Shown piece after piece: positions 62,140 through 64,000 of a stretch of 64,000 nucleotides of DNA. The notes beneath the pieces are model-generated. The model had not been told where the DNA came from. It made no database searches and saw nothing but the letters and a program-made list of their open reading frames with translations. The stretch lies in contig NC_043000.1 in assembly GCF_006345805.1 (NCBI RefSeq), forward strand, positions 119,288,001 to 119,352,000. The letters run 5' to 3'. The translations under genes and the position numbers were made by a program. This DNA is from Octopus sinensis. Lineage: Eukaryota. Numbering within the stretch: position 1 is the first letter of the stretch; each line of letters begins with the position of its first letter.

Positions 62140-62516
62140 CACTACCGTCAGAAATTAATTAGCACCCTTGATTTGCTCTTCACTCAAGGTATGTGCTGTC
62201 ACCTAGTGGCCATATCTCGAACTATTGCTTTGTTGCGAGTTCACTGTTGCGCAGAACGATGACGTAACTTTGTTTGCAGAGCAGTTTGAGAGTCTACAGC
62301 CTTATGATGTTGACATAGCAGTGCAACAACTTGGAGTGCGGATGCAGACAAATCTTCCTTTGTTTAATAGATATAGGTAGCGCCTCGCAAGGACCGAAAT
62401 CACACCATACTAAGTTTTCTCATCGCGTAAGACGTTTTGAACAGCTCATAGGTTAATTGATTTAACCTATTTAATGTAGAAATTTGAGAAGTGCTAATTA
62501 ATTTCTGACGCAAGTG
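62140..62516. mobile_element. Tc1/mariner-type MITE, 377 bp
   Basis: 26-bp TIR CACT(AC/TG)CGTCAGAAATTAATTAGCAC with two mismatches and TA on both sides. Confidence 0.88.
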
Positions 62517-62849
62517 TATGCATGCACTAGCACTATGACCCGGCGTTGCCCGGTCATAGTGCTAGTTGTTATTAATGTTAATGGCTTTCTTTAGCTCGAT
62601 CCAATTTTTATTGATTAAATATTCTTTTTGGTTCATTTCTAATATATTCTTCTCTTTTCCATTGCTGTTACAGAAATGATTCAATGGTTGAGGCAGGTCA
62701 GTTCTCATCCTCTTATGAGTCCACGAGATAAAACCAGAAAACCATAATTAAACATTAAATGGCATTTGAAATATTCTATATTACGTGTTTTGTCTTATTT
62801 GTTTTGGCTTTTGATATTTGCAACATCTTAAATAGCATAAGTACGCTTG

Positions 62850-63318
62850 TCACGATTGTCTTCAAACACTGCTTCTCAACCTAAGTGCGGCTATATATAG
62901 CTATGGTACGACCTCACCTGGAATTTGCATCACTGTCTGGAACCCCTATCTTGCCCAGGATATCAGAGTCGATTATATCGACCCCAGTGCGTAACTGGTA
63001 CTTAATTTATCGACTCCGAAAGGACGAATGGCAAAGTCGACCTCGGCGGAATTTGAACTCAGAACATAACGACAGACGAAATACCTATTTCTTTACTACC
63101 CACAAGGGGGTTAAACACAGAGAGGACAAACAAGGACAGACAAACGGAGTAAGTCGATTATATCGACTCCAGTGTGTAAATGGTACTTATTTAATCGAGC
63201 CGAAAGGATGAAAGGCCAAGTCGACTTCGGCGGAATTTAAACTCAGAACGTAGCGGCAGACGAAATACTGCTAAGCATTTCGCCCGGTGTGCTAACGTTT
63301 CTGCCAGCTCGCCGCCTT
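62850..63318. mobile_element. CR1 fragment (RLYIAMVRPHLEFAS, +) cut by a SINE family B dimer (-)
   Basis: VRPHLEY-like CR1 motif and family B match. Confidence 0.7.
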
Positions 63319-63479
63319 TATTTTATTTTATTTTATTTTATTTTATTTTTTGGAGCAACGTGAAATGAAGTGATTTGCTCAAGAGCACAAGGCGTCGCCC
63401 GGTCCAGGAATCGAAACCACAATCTTACGATCATGATGCTAACACCCTAACCACGAAGCCACGCGCCTCCACATTAAAT

Positions 63480-63660
63480 TAGAGAATGCCTTTGACAAGG
63501 TGCCACTAAGGAAACTAGACATTGGCGGATCATCTGCGAGGTCTGTACAAGATATGTACGAAGACGCAGCAAAGGAATCTACAGGGACAAATTTAGCACG
63601 AAAATAGGTGTCCATCAAGGCTCAGTCCTCAGCTCTCTCTTATTCATCATGTCCATTAGG
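63480..63660 (+). pseudogene. RTE-type RT fragment
   Basis: AFDKVP, VQDMYED and GVHQGSVLSSLLFI remnants. Confidence 0.6.
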
Positions 63661-64000
63661 CCATCACTGAAGTATTTAATTCTTACTCCTTTTTCCTACA
63701 AGGGGACAACATAGATAAGGGACAATACAATCTGATTGGGGTCAGATGGACGGATGGATATAACATAAAGATGACATTAAAAATTCACAAAAAATATAAA
63801 TAAATCGAATAATAGGACAGAGCGGAGGACATTATGGATGGAGTGGGATGGCGGGTTCAATTCGGACCACAGAATTATTTAAGACTGGCTGTCCGTGGGT
63901 AGTCTTATATGCTAATTATCTAGTTCTCATAGTTGAGCCTATAGTGGAATTAAGACAATGAAAATTATCGCCATACGAGAAGGGAAAAGAATCTCAAATA

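Overview
Animal genomic DNA, AT-rich and dense in microsatellites and transposons. The SINE and LINE complement points to an octopus (coleoid cephalopod); this is an inference, not a database match. Two host genes are supported. (1) A chitin deacetylase-like (CE4/NodB) gene whose whole catalytic domain is in one exon (13208-14169, +). (2) A two-exon secreted perlustrin-like, single IGFBP-domain peptide gene (48234-48424 joined to 58091-58193, +, 97 aa, 10 Cys). The rest is mobile DNA: a full-length but broken R4/Dong LINE in (TAA)n, a Tx1/L1 LINE in (GATA)n, two adjacent CR1-group LINE copies, Penelope-like (PLE) fragments, Tc1, pogo/Tigger, mariner, hAT and Helitron-like relics, and at least four tRNA-derived SINE families (called SINE-A to SINE-D here). 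The most unusual signal is a head-to-head palindromic element that occurs twice (3315-4017, 30180-30708); each arm is a tRNA-like head, (AAT)n and a minimal PLE-type hammerhead ribozyme. Coordinates were counted by hand, and repeat boundaries are approximate (about +/-10-20 bp). No searches or folding programs were run.
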